Below, in pieces: positions 1 to 12,391 of a DNA stretch of 64,000 nt. The position numbers and the translations under genes are program-made. The notes beneath the pieces are model-generated. The model ran no database searches. It worked only from the letters and a program-made list of their open reading frames with translations, and was not told the origin of the DNA. The first letter of the stretch is position 1. Every line of letters starts with the position of its first letter. The stretch lies in assembly GCA_030390025.1 (NCBI GenBank), contig JASTWF010000330.1:372001-436000 (forward strand). Reading direction: 5' to 3'. The stretch comes from Squalus acanthias (Eukaryota).

Positions 1-278
1 TGAATTTGAGGTTATTGCTGCTTTCTGTTACCAGAGAGCGAATGGTTAATGTAGATGAGGGAGGACTGTTAGTGTGCAGTGAGTTTCAGGGGTAGGCTGA
101 GCTGGGAGACAGATGGAAACCTGGTTTGGAGAAGGAGGAACATTTCCAGCTTTCATTTGGGGAATTTTCTACCAGGGCGGAGAGTGAGACTGAGGTTATT
201 GGTTCTTCGGGGGGTACAAGTCTCTGTGTAACATTAACTCTATTTTATATTAACATTAAACATCTTTCTGTCACTCAG

Positions 279-423
279 TCGCAGAATCCACACTCACTGA
301 CCCGTGTGAAAATCACACAGTCCTGGACCAGCCCTGGAGGAGCACGGATTGTAATGGGACTCAGTGCTCCCGCCAGAGGAAGTGCGATGGCAAACTTGAC
401 TACAGATGGTACAGATTTAAAAG
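279..423 (+). CDS. Exon D1 of a uromodulin/GP2-like D8C(D10C)-domain protein
   Basis: Acceptor tttctgtcactcAG (277-278) and donor AG|GTACCG (424), phase 1 in and phase 2 out. Translates to xAESTLTDPCENHTVLDQPWRSTDCNGTQCSRQRKCDGKLDYRWYRFK, which carries the DPC..L..WRS, CD and WYRF motifs of the D10C N-terminus. Not in the ORF track. An alternative in-frame acceptor lies at 283-284. Confidence 0.9.
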
Positions 424-583
424 GTACCGTAAAGGGTCAATTTCAGATAAGCTAGTCGATAGGCGAGGAGAAGTGAGAAAAAGTGTGAGATTAGGAACGA
501 GCAATGCAGGGAGACTAGGATCAACAGGGAAGGGAATGGATGAAGGGAAAAGGGGAAACAACCTGAACCAACTGAGCGAAAAG

Positions 584-3500
584 CAGAGAGTAAAGGGAAA
601 TACCCGGGATAGAGGGGAATATAGAACGGGGACAGAGAGTAAAGTGAGATACCCGGGATAGAGGGGAATATAGAACGGGGACAGAGAGTAAAGTGAGATA
701 CCCGGGATAGAGGGGAATATAGAACGGGGACAGAGAGTAAAGTGAGATACCCGGGATAGAGGGGAATATAGAACGGGGACAGAGAGTAAAGTGAGATACC
801 CGGGATAGAGGGGAATATAGAACGGGGACAGAGAGTAAAGTGAGATACCCGGGATAGAGGGGAATATAGAACGGGGACTGAGAGTAAAGTGAGATACCCG
901 GGATAGAGGGGAATATAGAAAGGGGACAGAGAGTAAAGGGAGATACCCGGGATAGAGGGGAATATAGAACGGGGACAGAGAGTAAAGGGAGATACCCGGG
1001 ATAGAGGGGAATATAGAACGGGGACAGAGAGTAAAGTGAGATACCCGGGATAGAGGGGAATATAGAACGGGGACAGAGAGTAAAGTGAGATACCCGGGAT
1101 AGAGGGGAATATAGAACGGGGACAGAGAGTAAAGTGAGATACCCGGGATAGAGGGGAATATAGAACGGGGACAGAGAGTAAAGTGAGATACCCGGGATAG
1201 AGGGGAATATAGAACGGGGACAGAGAGTAAAGGGAGATACCCGGGATAGAGGGGAATATAGAACGGGGACAGAGAGTAAAGGGAGATACCCGGGATAGAG
1301 GGGAATATAGAACGGGGACAGAGAATAAAGGGAGATACCCGGGTTAGAGGGGAATATAGAACGGGGACTGAGAGTAAAGGGAGATACCCGGGATAGAGGG
1401 GAATATAGAAAGGGGACAGAGAGTAAAGGGAGATACCCGGGATAGAGGGGAATATAGAACGGGGACAGAGAGTAAAGTGAGATACCCGGGATAGAGGGGA
1501 ATATAGAACGGGGACAGAGAGTAAAGTGAGATACCCGGGTTAGAGGGGAATATAGAACGGGGACTGAGAGTAAAGGGAGATACCCGGGATAGAGGGGAAT
1601 ATAGAACGGGGACAGAGAGTAATGGGAGATACCCGGGATAGAGGGGAATACAGAACGGGGACAGAGAGTAAAGTGAGATACCCGGGTTAGAGGGGAATAT
1701 AGAACGGGGACAGAGTGTAAAGGGAGATACCCAGGATAGAGGGGAATATAGAACGGGGACAGAGAGTAAAGGGAGATACCCGGGATAGAGGGGAATATAG
1801 AAAGGGGACAGAGAGTAAAGGGAGATACCCGGGATAGAGGGGAATATAGAACGGGGACAGAGAGTAAAGGGAGATACCCGGGATAGAGGGGAATATAGAA
1901 CGGGGACAGAGAGGAAAGGCAGATACCCGGGATAGAGGGGAATATAGAACGGGGACAGAGAGTAAAGGACGACACCCGGGATAAGGGGAATATATAACGG
2001 GAAAAGATATTAAATGGACATAACCGGGATAGAGGGGAATATAGACCGGGGACAGAGAGTAAAGGGAGATACCCGGGATAGAGGGGAATATAGAACGGGG
2101 ACAGAGAGTAAAGGGAGATACCTGGGATAGAAGGGAATAAAGAACGGGGACAGAGAGTAAAGGGAGATACCCGGGATAGAGGGGAATATAGAATGGGGAC
2201 AGAGAGTAAAGTGAGATACCTGGGATAGAAGGGAATAAAGAACGGGGACAGAGAGTAAAGGGAGATACCCGGGATAGAGTGGAATATAGAACGGGGACAG
2301 AGAGTAAAGAGAGCTACCCGGGATAGAGGGGAATATAGAACAGGGACTGAGAGTAAAGGGAGATACCCGGGATAGAGGGATATATAGAACGGGAACAGAG
2401 ATTAAAGAGAGCTACCCGGGATAGAGGGGAATATAGAACAGGGACTGAGAGTAAAGGGAGATACCCGGGATAGGGGGAATATAGAACGGGAACAGAGATT
2501 AAATGCACATAACTGGGATAGTGGGGAATATAGAAAGGGGACAGAGAGTAAAGGGAGATACCCGGGATAGAGGGGAATATAGAACAGGGACAGAGAGTAA
2601 AGAGAGATACCCGGGACAGAGGGGAATATATACGGGGACAGGGAGTAAAGGGAGATACCCGGGATAGAGGGGAATATAGAACAGGGACAGAGAGTAAAGA
2701 GAGATACCCGGGACAGAGGGGAATATATACGGGGACAGGGAGTAAAGGGAGATACCCGGGATAGAGGGGAATATAGAACAGGGACAGAGAGTAAAGAGAG
2801 ATACCCGGGACAGAGGGGAATATATACGGGGACAGGGAGTAAAGGGAGATACCCGGGATAGAGGGGAATATAGAACGGGGACAGAGAGTAAAGGGAGGTA
2901 CCCGGGATAGAGGGGAATATAGAATGGGGACAGACAGTAAAGGGAGATACCCGGGATAGGGGGAATATAGAACGGGAACAGAGATTAAATGCACATAACC
3001 GGGATAGTGGGGAATATAGAAAGGGGACAGAGAGTAAAGGGAGATACCCGGGATAGAGGGAAATATAGAACGGGGACAGAGAGTAAAGGGAGATACCCGG
3101 GATAGTGGGGAATATAGAACGGGAACAGAGATTAAATGGACATAACCGGGATAGAGGGGAATATAGAAAGGGGACAGAGAGTAAAGGGAGATACCCGGGA
3201 TAGAGGGAAATATAGAACGGGGACAGAGAGTAAAGGGAGATACCCGGGATAGAGAGGAATATAGAACGGGGACAGAGAGTAAAGGGAGATACCCGGGATA
3301 GAGAGGAATATAGAACGGGGACAGAGAGTAAAGGGAGACACCCGGGATAGAGGGGAATATAGAACGGGGACAGTGAGTATACGGAGATACCCGGGATAGA
3401 GGGTAATATAGAACGGGGACAGAGAGGAAAGGGAGATACCCGGGATAGAGGGGAATATAGAACGGGGACAGAGAGTAAAGGGAGATACCCGGGATAGAGG

Positions 3501-6500
3501 GGAATATAGAACGGGGACAGAGAGAAAAGGGAGATACCCGGGTTAGAGGGGAATATAGAACGGGGACAGAGAGTAAAGGACGACACCCGGGATAAGGGGA
3601 ATATAGAACGGGAAAAGATATTAAATGGACATAACCGGGATAGAGGGGAATATAGACCGGGGACAGAGAGTAAAGGGAGATACCCGGGGTAGAGGGGAAT
3701 ATAGAACGGGGACAGAGAGTAAAAGGAGACACCTGGGATAGAGGGGAATATTGAACGGGGACAGAGAGTAAAGGGAGATACCTGGGATAGAAGGGAATAA
3801 AGAACGGGGACAGAGAGTAAAGGGAGATACCTGGGAACGAGGGGAATATAGAACGGGGACAGAGAGTAATGGGGGATACCCGGGATAGACGGGAATATAG
3901 AACGGGGACAGAGAGTAAAGGGAGATAACTGGGATAGAGGGGAATATAGAACGGGGACAGAGAGTAAAGGGAGGTACCCGGGATAGAGTGGAATATAGAA
4001 CGGGGACAGACAGTAAAGGGAGATACCCGGGATAGAGGGAAATATAGAACGGGGACAGAGAGTAAAGGGAGATAACTGGGATAGAGGGGAATATAGAACG
4101 GGGGCAGAGAGCAAAGAGAGGTACCCGGGATAGAGGGGAATATAGAACAGGGACAGAGAGTAAAGGGAGATAACTGGGATAGTGGGGAATATAGAAAGGG
4201 GACAGAGAGTAAAGGGAGATACCTGGGATAGAGGGGAATATAGAACGGGGACAGAGAGCAAAGAGAGGTACCCGGGATAGAGGGGAATATAGAACAGGGA
4301 CAGAGAGTAAAGGGAGATACCCAGGATAGAGGGGAATATAGAACGGGGACAGAGAGTAAAGGGAGGTACCCGGGATAGAGGGGAATATAGAACGGGGACA
4401 GAGAGTAAAGGGAGATACCCGGGATAGAGGGGAATATAGAACGGGGACAGAGAGTAAAGGGAGATACCCGGGATAGAGGGGAATATAGAACGGGGACAGA
4501 GATTAAAGGGAGATACCCGGGATCGAGGGGAATATAGAACGGGGACAGAGAGTAAAGGGAGATACCCGGGATAGAGGGGAATATAGAACGGGGCCAGAGA
4601 GTAAAGGGAGATACTGGGGATACAGGAGAATATAGAACGCGGACAGAGAGTAAAGGGAGATACCCGGGATAGCGGGGAATATAGAACGGGGACAGAGAGT
4701 AAAAGGAGATACCCGGGATAGAGGGGAATATAGAACGTGGACAGAGAGTAAAGGGAGATACCCGGGATAGAGGGGAATATAGATCGGGGACAGAGAGTAA
4801 AGGAGATACCCGGGATAGAGGGGAATATAGAACGGGGACAGAGAGTAAAGGGAGATACCCAGGATAGAGGGGAATATAGAACGGGGACAGAGAGTAAAGG
4901 GAGATACCCGGGATAGAGGGGAATATAGAACGGGGACAGAGAGTAAAGGGAGATACCCGGGATAGAGGGGAATATAGAACGGGGACAGAGAGTAAAGGGA
5001 GATACCCGGGATAGAGGGGAATATAGAACGGGGACAGAGATTAAAGGGAGATACCCGGGATAGAGGGGAATATAGAACGGGGACAGAGAGTAAAGGGAGA
5101 TACCCGGGATAGAGGGGAATATAGAACGGGGACAGAGAGTAAAGGGAGATACCTGGGATAGAGGGAATATAGAACGCGGACAGAGAGTAAAGGGAGATAC
5201 CCGGGATAGAGGGGAATATAGAACGGGGACAGAGAGTAAAGGGAGATACCCGGGATAGAGGGGAATATAGAACGTGGACAGAGAGTAAAGGGAGATACCC
5301 GGGATAGAGGGGAATATAGAACGGGGACAGAGAGTAAAGGAAGATACCCGGGATAGAGGGGAATATAGAACGGGGACAGAGAGTAAAGGGAGATACCCGG
5401 GATAGAGGGGAATATAGAAAGGGGACAGAGAGTAAATGGAGATACCTGGGATAGAGGGGATTTTAGAACAGGGACAGAGAGTAAAGGGAGATACCCGGGA
5501 TAGAGGGGAATATAGAACGGGGACAGAGAGTAAATGGAGATACCTGGGATAGAGGGGATTATAGAACGGGGACAGAGATTAAAGGGAGATACCCGGGATA
5601 GAGGGGAATACAGAACGGTGACAGAGAGTAAAGGGAGATACCCGGGATAGAGGGGAATATAGAACGGGGACAGAGAGTAAAGGAAGATACCCGGGATAGA
5701 GGGGAATATAGAACGGGGACAGAGAGTAAAGGGAGATACCCGGGATAGAGGGGAATATAGAAAGGGGACAGAGAGTAAATGGAGATACCTGGGATAGAGG
5801 GGATTTTAGAACAGGGACAGAGAGTAAAGGCAGATACCCGGGATAGAGGGGAATATAGAACGGGGACAGAGAGTAAATGGAGATACCTGGGATAGAGGGG
5901 ATTATAGAACGGGGACAGAGATTAAAGGGAGATACCCGGGATAGAGGGGAATATAGAACGGTGACAGAGAGTAAAGGGAGATACCCGGGATAGAGGGGAA
6001 TACAGAACGGGGACAGAGAGTAAAGGGAGATACCCGGGATAGAGGGGAATATAGAACGGGACAGAGAGTAAAGGGAGATACCCGGGATAGAGGGGAATAT
6101 AGAACAGGGACAGAGAGTAAAGGGAGATACCGGGATAGAGGGGAATATAGAACGGGGACAGAGAGTAAAGGGAGATACCCGGGATAGAGGGGAATATAGA
6201 AAGGGGACAGAGAGTAAATGGAGATACCTGGGATAGAGGGGAATATAGAACAGGGACAGAGAGTAAAGGGAGATACCCGGGATAGAGGGGAATATAGAAC
6301 GGGGACAGAGAGTAAAGGGAGATACCCGGGATAGAGGGGAATATAGAACGGGGACAGAGAGTAAAGGGAGATACCCGGGATAGAGGGGAATATAGAACGG
6401 GGACAGAGAGTAAAGGGAGATACCCGGGATAGAGGGGAATATAGAACGGGGACAGAGAGTAAAGGGAGATACCCGGGATAGAGGGGAATATAGAACGGGG

Positions 6501-7832
6501 ACAGAGAGTAAAGGGAGATACCCGGGATAGAGGGGAATATAGAACGGGGACAGAGAGTAAAGGGAGATACCCGGGATAGAGGGGAATATAGAACGGGGAC
6601 AGAGAGTAAAGGGAGATACCCGGGATAGAGGGGAATATAGAACGGGGACAGAGAGTAAAGGGAGATACCCGGGATAGAGGGGAATATAGAACGGGGACAG
6701 AGAGTAAAGGGAGATACCCGGGATAGAGGGGAATATAGAACGGGGACAGAGAGTAAAGGGAGATACCCGGGATAGAGGGGAATATAGAACGGGGACAGAG
6801 AGTAAAGGGAGATACCCGGGATAGAGGGGAATATAGAACGGGGACAGAGAGTAAAGGGAGATAACCGGGATAGAGGGTAATATAGAACGGGGACAGAGAG
6901 TAAAGGGAGATACCCGGGATAGAGGAGAATATAGAACGGGGACAGAGAGTAAAGGAGATACCCGGGATAGAGGGAAATATAGAACGGGGACAGAGAGTAA
7001 AGGGAGATACCCGTGATAGAGGGGAATATAGAACGGGACAGAGAGTAAAGGGAGATACCCGGGATAGAGGGGAATATAGAACGGGGACAGAGAGTAAAGG
7101 GAGATACCCGGGATAGAGGGGAATACAGAACGGGGACAGAGAGTAAAGGGAGATACCCGGGATAGAGGGGAATACAGAACGGGACAGAGAGTAAAGGGAG
7201 ATACCCGGGATAGAGGGGAATATAGAACGGGGACAGAGAGTAAAGTGAGATACCCGGGATAGAGGGGAATATAGAACGGGAACAGAGATTAAATGGAGAT
7301 AACCGGGATAGAGGGGAATATAGAACGGGGACAGAGAGTAAAGGGAGATACCCGGGATAGAGGGAATATAGAACGGGGACAGAGAGTAAAGGGAGATACC
7401 CGGGATAGAAGGGAATAAAGAACGGGGACAGAGAGTAAAGGGAGATACCTGGGAACGAGGGGAATATAGAACGGGGACAGAGAGTAATGGGGGATACCCT
7501 GGATAGAGTGGAATATAGAACGGGGACAGAGGGGAAAGGGAGATACCCAGGATAGAGGGGAATATAGAACGGGGACAGAGAGTAAAGGGAGATACCCGGG
7601 ATAGAGGGAATATAGAACGGGGACAGAGAGTAAAGGGAGATACCTGGGATAGAGGGGAATATAGAACGGGGCCAGAGAGTAAAGGGAGATACCCGGGATA
7701 GAGGGGAATATAGAACGGGGCCAGAGAGTAAAGGGAGACACCAGGGATAGAGGGGAATATAGAACACGGACAGAGAGTAAAGGGAGATACCCGGGATAGA
7801 GGGGATTATAGAACGGGGACAGAGATTAAAGG
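584..7832. repeat. 49-bp purine-rich tandem satellite (about 148 units) filling the D1-D2 intron
   Basis: Consensus CAGAGAGTAAAGGGAGATACCCGGGATAGAGGGGAATATAGAACGGGGA. Period measured directly (tacccggg at 601 and 650). Most units contain CCCGGG. Confidence 0.98.
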
Positions 7833-7930
7833 ATGGGCCCCAGTTTCCGTTACTCTCTGCTAGTCTCAGTCTTTCTATAAGTTAATAAGTTCCCTCAGTT
7901 CCGGGGCTGACTCTGTGATTGTTGTTTCAG

Positions 7931-8007
7931 TTCTGGTGGATGGAAGATGCCGGAGACTGAAGTCCCAAAGTGGCGCTGCTCTACAATGAAACCAGGCTGG
8001 TTAAATG
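7931..8007 (+). CDS. Exon D2 of the D8C/D10C domain
   Basis: Acceptor gttgtttcAG and donor G|GTACTT, 77 bp, phase 2 in (AG+T=Ser, matching D1) and phase 1 out. Translates to SSGGWKMPETEVPKWRCSTMKPGWLN, comparable to UMOD [24 protein letters not shown]. Confidence 0.9.
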
Positions 8008-8100
8008 GTACTTTCATACTTTATAATATCAGATTTACACTCACGTTCCCGCACTGTTCACATTGGTTACATTCTTCAATATTTACAATCCTCATTTCAG

Positions 8101-8265
8101 GTTCCCATCCCACCGTGGGACAGGGAGAAGTGACAAGGACAGTTTGTTTTCACTCGGGTGGAAAACCCTGTCGCTGGACCCGGGAGATAAAGGTCAAAAA
8201 CTGCACCAGTTACTTTGTTTATGAGTTGAAGCCGACACCGAATTGGAACTTGGCTTATTGCACAG
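8101..8265 (+). CDS. Exon D3 of the D8C/D10C domain
   Basis: Acceptor ctcatttcAG and donor CAG|GTATGT, 165 bp, phase 1-1. Translates to GSHPTVGQGEVTRTVCFHSGGKPCRWTREIKVKNCTSYFVYELKPTPNWNLAYCT, matching the D8C C-terminal pattern HP...G.V.R..C.H....C.W...V.VK.C..Y.VY.L......AYC. Confidence 0.92.
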
Positions 8266-8448
8266 GTATGTTGCTGTTTATAACTGACCCAGAGGGGTGA
8301 TTCTGGGATGTCCCGTGTCAACAACAGAAATAAGAAAGTTACACACACCCCACCTTTTTGTAATGAATAAAGGATCTGAAACACAGAGTTTGCTATTCAC
8401 CAAACCTAAAAGGAATTGAATCAGACGCTGATCTTTGTGTCTATCGGA

Positions 8449-8835
8449 CACTCCAGGGACTTGAGCACAAAAAGCTAGGCTGACACTCCAGTGCGGTGCT
8501 GAGGGAGCGCTGCACTGTCGGAGGTGCCGTTTTTTGGATGAGACGTTAAACCGAGGCCCCGCCTGCTCTCTCAGGTCGACGTAAAAGATCCCGTGGCACT
8601 ATTTCGAAGAAAAGCAGGGGTGTCATCCCTGGTGTCCTGGGGCCAATATTTATCCCTCAACCAACATAATAAAAACAGATTATCTGGTCATTATCACATT
8701 GCTGTTTGTGGGAGCTTGCTGTGCGCAACTTGACTGCCGTGTTTGCCACATTACAATAGTGACTCCACTTCAAAAAGTAATTCATTGGCTGTAAAGTGCT
8801 TTGGGATGTCCTGAGGTCGTGAAAGGCGCTGTATA
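8449..8835 (+). mobile_element. Deu-domain SINE (SacSINE1/AmnSINE1-like), 5'-truncated; its tail resumes at 12392-12412
   Basis: Recognised segments gatgagacgttaaaccgaggcccc, gtaaaagatcccgtggcactattt and cattgctgtttgtgggagcttgctgtgcgcaa, plus the 3' ctgaggtcgtgaaaggcgctgtata. The expected continuation ataaatgcaa..tctttct is at 12392. Family name is from recall, not from a search. Confidence 0.75.
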
Positions 8836-9243
8836 CATACGAACATACGAATTAGGAGCAGGAGTCGGCCACTGGGCCCCTCGAACCTGCTCCGCCATTC
8901 AATAAGATCATGGCTGATCCGATTGCTCCACATTCCCGCCTACCCCCGATAACCTTTCACCCCCTTGTTTATCAAGAATCTATCGACCCCTGCCTAAAAA
9001 TATTCAAAGACTCTGCTTCCACCACCCTCTGAGGAAGAGAGTTCCAAAGACTCACGACCCTCTGAGAAAAAAATTCTCCTCATGTCTGTCTTAAATGGGC
9101 GCTCCATTATTTTTAATCAGTGACCCCTAGTTTTAGATTCTACCACAAGAGGAAACATCCTCTCCGCATCCAGCCTGTCAAGACACCTCAGGATCTTATA
9201 GGTTTCAATCAAGTCACCTCTTACTCTTCTAAACTCCAGTGGA
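8836..9243 (-). mobile_element. CR1-clade LINE, 3' part (end of ORF2, 3' UTR and (TTCGTATG)n tail)
   Basis: The minus strand reads PLEFRRVRGDLIETYKILRCLDRLDAERMFPLV..TRGH. The tail appears on + as catacgaacatacgaa at 8836-8851. The element continues at 11858. Confidence 0.9.
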
Positions 9244-11859
9244 AGGGCAGAAAACGTTAGTGGGGGTTGTGTACAGACCTCCAAACAGTAGTAGTGAGGT
9301 GGGGAGGGTATGAAACAGGAAATCAGAGGTGCATGCAAAAAAGGCACGGCAGTTATCATGGGTGACTTTAATATGCATATAGATTGGGCTACTCAAACTG
9401 GAAGCAATACGGTGGAGGAGGATTTCCTGGAGTGTTTAAGGGATGGTTTCCTAAACCAATATGTTGAGGAACCAACTAGAGGGGGGGCCATCCTGGACTG
9501 GGTGTTGTGTAATGAGGAAGGACTAATCAGCAAACTTGTGGTGCGAGGCCCCTTGGGGAAGAGTGACCATAGTATGGTGGAGTTCTACATTAGGATGGAG
9601 AAGGAAACAGTTAATTCAGAGACCATGGTCCAGAACTTAAATAAGGGCAACTTTGAGGGTATGAGGCGTGAATTGGCGAGGTTAGATTGGCAAGCGATAT
9701 TTAAGGGGTTATCAGTGGAAGGGCAATGGCAGACATTTAGAGATCGCATGGATGAACTACAGCAATTGTACATCCCTGTCTGGCGTAAAAATAAAAAACG
9801 GAAGGTGGCTCAACCATGGCTAACAAGGGAAATCAGGGATAGTATTAAAAGCAAGGAAGTGGCATACAAATTGGCCAGAAGTAGCAGCAAACCCGGGGAC
9901 TGGGAGAACTTTAGAACTCAGCAGAGGAGGACGAAGGGTTTGATTAGGGCAGGGAAAATAAAATATGAAAGGAAGCTTGCGGAGAACATTAAAACGGACT
10001 GCAAAAGCTTCTATAAATATGTAAAAAGAAAGAGGTTAGTAAAAACAAACGTAGGTCCCCTGCAGTCAGAAACAGGGGACGTCATAATGGGGAACAAAGA
10101 AATGGCAGATCAATTGAACAAGTACTTTGGTTCGGTGTTTACTGTGGAGGACACAAACAACCTTCCGGAAATAAAAGAGATCAAAGGATCTGGTAAGAGG
10201 GAGGAGCTGAGGGAAATCCTTATCAGTCGGGAAAAGGTGTTGGGGAAATTGATGGGACTGAAGGCTGATAAAACCCAGGGCCTGATGGTCTGCATCCCAG
10301 AGTACTGAAGGAGGTGGCCTTGGAAATAGTGGATTCATTGACGATCATTTTCCAACATTCCTTAGACTCTGGATCAGTTCCGAAGGAGTGGAGGGTGGCT
10401 AATGTAACCCCTCTTTTTAAAAAAGGAGGGAGGGAGAAAGCAGGGAATTATAGACCAGTCAGCCTGACATCGGTGGTGGGTAAAATGATGGAATCAATTA
10501 TTAAAGATGTCATAACAGACCATTTGGAAAGTGGCGACATGATAGGTCCAAGTCAGCATGGATTTGTGAAAGGGAAATCATGCTTGACAAATCTTCTGGA
10601 AATTTTTGAGGATGTTTCCAATAGGGTGGACGGGGGGGAACCAGTAGATGTGGTGTATTTGGACTTTCAGAAGGCCTTCGACAAGGTCCCACACAAGAGA
10701 TTGGTGTGCAAAGTTAAAGCACATGGGATTTGGGGTAATGTGTTGACGTGGATTGAGAACTGGTTGGCACACAGGAAACAAAGAGTAGGAGTAAATGGGT
10801 ACTTTTCAGAATGGCAGGCAGTGACCAGCGGGGTACCGCAGGGTTCGGTGCTGGGACCCCAGCTGTTTACATTATATATTAATGATTTGGACGAAGGGAT
10901 TAATTGTAATATCTCCAAATTTGCGGATGACACTAAATTGGGAGGCAGTGTGAACAATGAGGAGGATGCTAGGAGGCTACAGAGTGACTTGGACAGGTTG
11001 GGTGAATGGGCAAATGTATGGCAGCTGAAGTACAATGTGGATAAATGTGAGTTTATCCACTTTGGTGGTAAAAATAGGGAGGCAGACTATTACCTGAATG
11101 GTGGCAGATTAGGGAAAGGGGAGGTGCAACGAGACCTGGGCGTCATGGTACATCAGTCACTGAAGGTGGGAAGGCAAGTGCAGCAGGCATTCAAGAAAGC
11201 AAATGGCATGATGGCCTTCATAGCAAGGGGATTTGAGTACAGGAGTAGGGAGGTGATGCTACAGTTGTACAGGGCCTTGGTGAGGCCACACCTGGAGTAT
11301 TGTGTGCAGTTTTGGTCTCCTAACTTGAGGAAGGACATTCTTGCTATTGAGGGAGTGCAACGAAGGTTCACTAGATTGATTCCTGGGATGGCCAGACTGA
11401 CATATCAAGAAAGACTGGATCAACTGAACTTGTATCCTCTGGAGTTCAGAAGAATGAGGGGGGATCTTATAGAGACGTTTAAAATCCTGACTGGTTTAGA
11501 CAAATTAGATGCGGGCAGAATGTTTCCAATGTTAGGGAAAACTAAAACCAGGGGTCACAGTCTAAGGATAAAGGGGAAGCCATTTAAGACTGAGATGAGG
11601 AGGAACTTCTTCACCCAGAGAGTGGTGAATCTGTGGAATTCTCTACCACAGAAGGTTGTTGAGGCCAGTTCGCTAAATATATACAAAAGGGAGTTAGATA
11701 TAATACTCACAACTAGGGGGATCAAGGGGTATGGCGAGAAAGCAGGAATGGGGTACTGAGGTAGCATGTTCAGCCATGAACGCATTGAATGGCGGTGCAG
11801 GCTCGAAGGACCGAATGGTCTACTCCTGCACCTATTTTCTATGTTTCTATGTTTCTATG
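9244..11859 (+). mobile_element. CR1-clade LINE (shark HER1-like), 5'-truncated, about 2.6 kb, ORF2 endonuclease end plus reverse transcriptase, frameshifted
   Basis: Motifs VVYRPP, IMGDFN, LDWVL and SDH (APE endonuclease), then NYRPVSLTS, QHGF.KGKSC, YLDFQKAFDKV, GVPQGSVLGP and KFADDTKL (RT). A 1-bp frameshift near 10273-10278 splits ORFs 9310-10308 and 10314-11759. Ends in (TTTCTATG)3. Confidence 0.95.
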
Positions 11860-12391
11860 GATACAACCCTAGCCTGTCCAACCTTTCCTCATCAGACAAC
11901 CCGCCCATTCCAAGTATTAGTCTAGTAAACCATCTCTGAACTGCTTCCAATGCATTTACATCCTTCCTTAGATAAGGAGACCAATACTGTACTCAGTACT
12001 CCAGATGTGGTCTCACCAATGCCCTCTATAACTGAAGCATAAACTCCCTACTTTGGTATTCAATTCCCCTCGCAATAAACGATAACATTCTATTAGCTTT
12101 CCTAATTACTTGCTGTACCTGCATAATAAACTTTTGCGATTCATGCACTAGGACACCCAGATCCCTCTGCATCTCAGAGCTCTGCAATCTCTCACCATTT
12201 AGATAATATGCTTCTTTTTTATTCTTCCTGCCAAAATGGACAACTTCACATTTTCCCACATTATACGCCATTTGCCAGATCTTTGCCCACTCACTTAACC
12301 TATCGATATCCCTTTGTAGCCTGCTTATGTCTTCTTCACAATTTACTTTCCTACCTATCTTTGTGTCATCAGCAAATTTAGCAACCATACC
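11858..12391 (-). mobile_element. CR1-clade LINE, 5' part of the element split by the + strand LINE
   Basis: The minus strand reads MVAKFADDTKIGRKVNCEED...RDLGVLVH. It joins 8836-9243 seamlessly (ctccagTGGAtacaac). Confidence 0.9.

Noticed and set aside
126..455. 109-aa ORF overlapping exon D1
   Set aside because: It is in a different frame from the D10C-motif reading and starts at a non-ATG codon. The true exon frame gives DPC/WRS/WYRF.
521..7767. Long minus-strand ORFs (up to 621 aa, LSPFYIPLYPGYLPLL repeats)
   Set aside because: They are translations of the 49-bp satellite. The pyrimidine strand lacks stops, all three frames give the same cyclic peptide, and they lie antisense within an intron.
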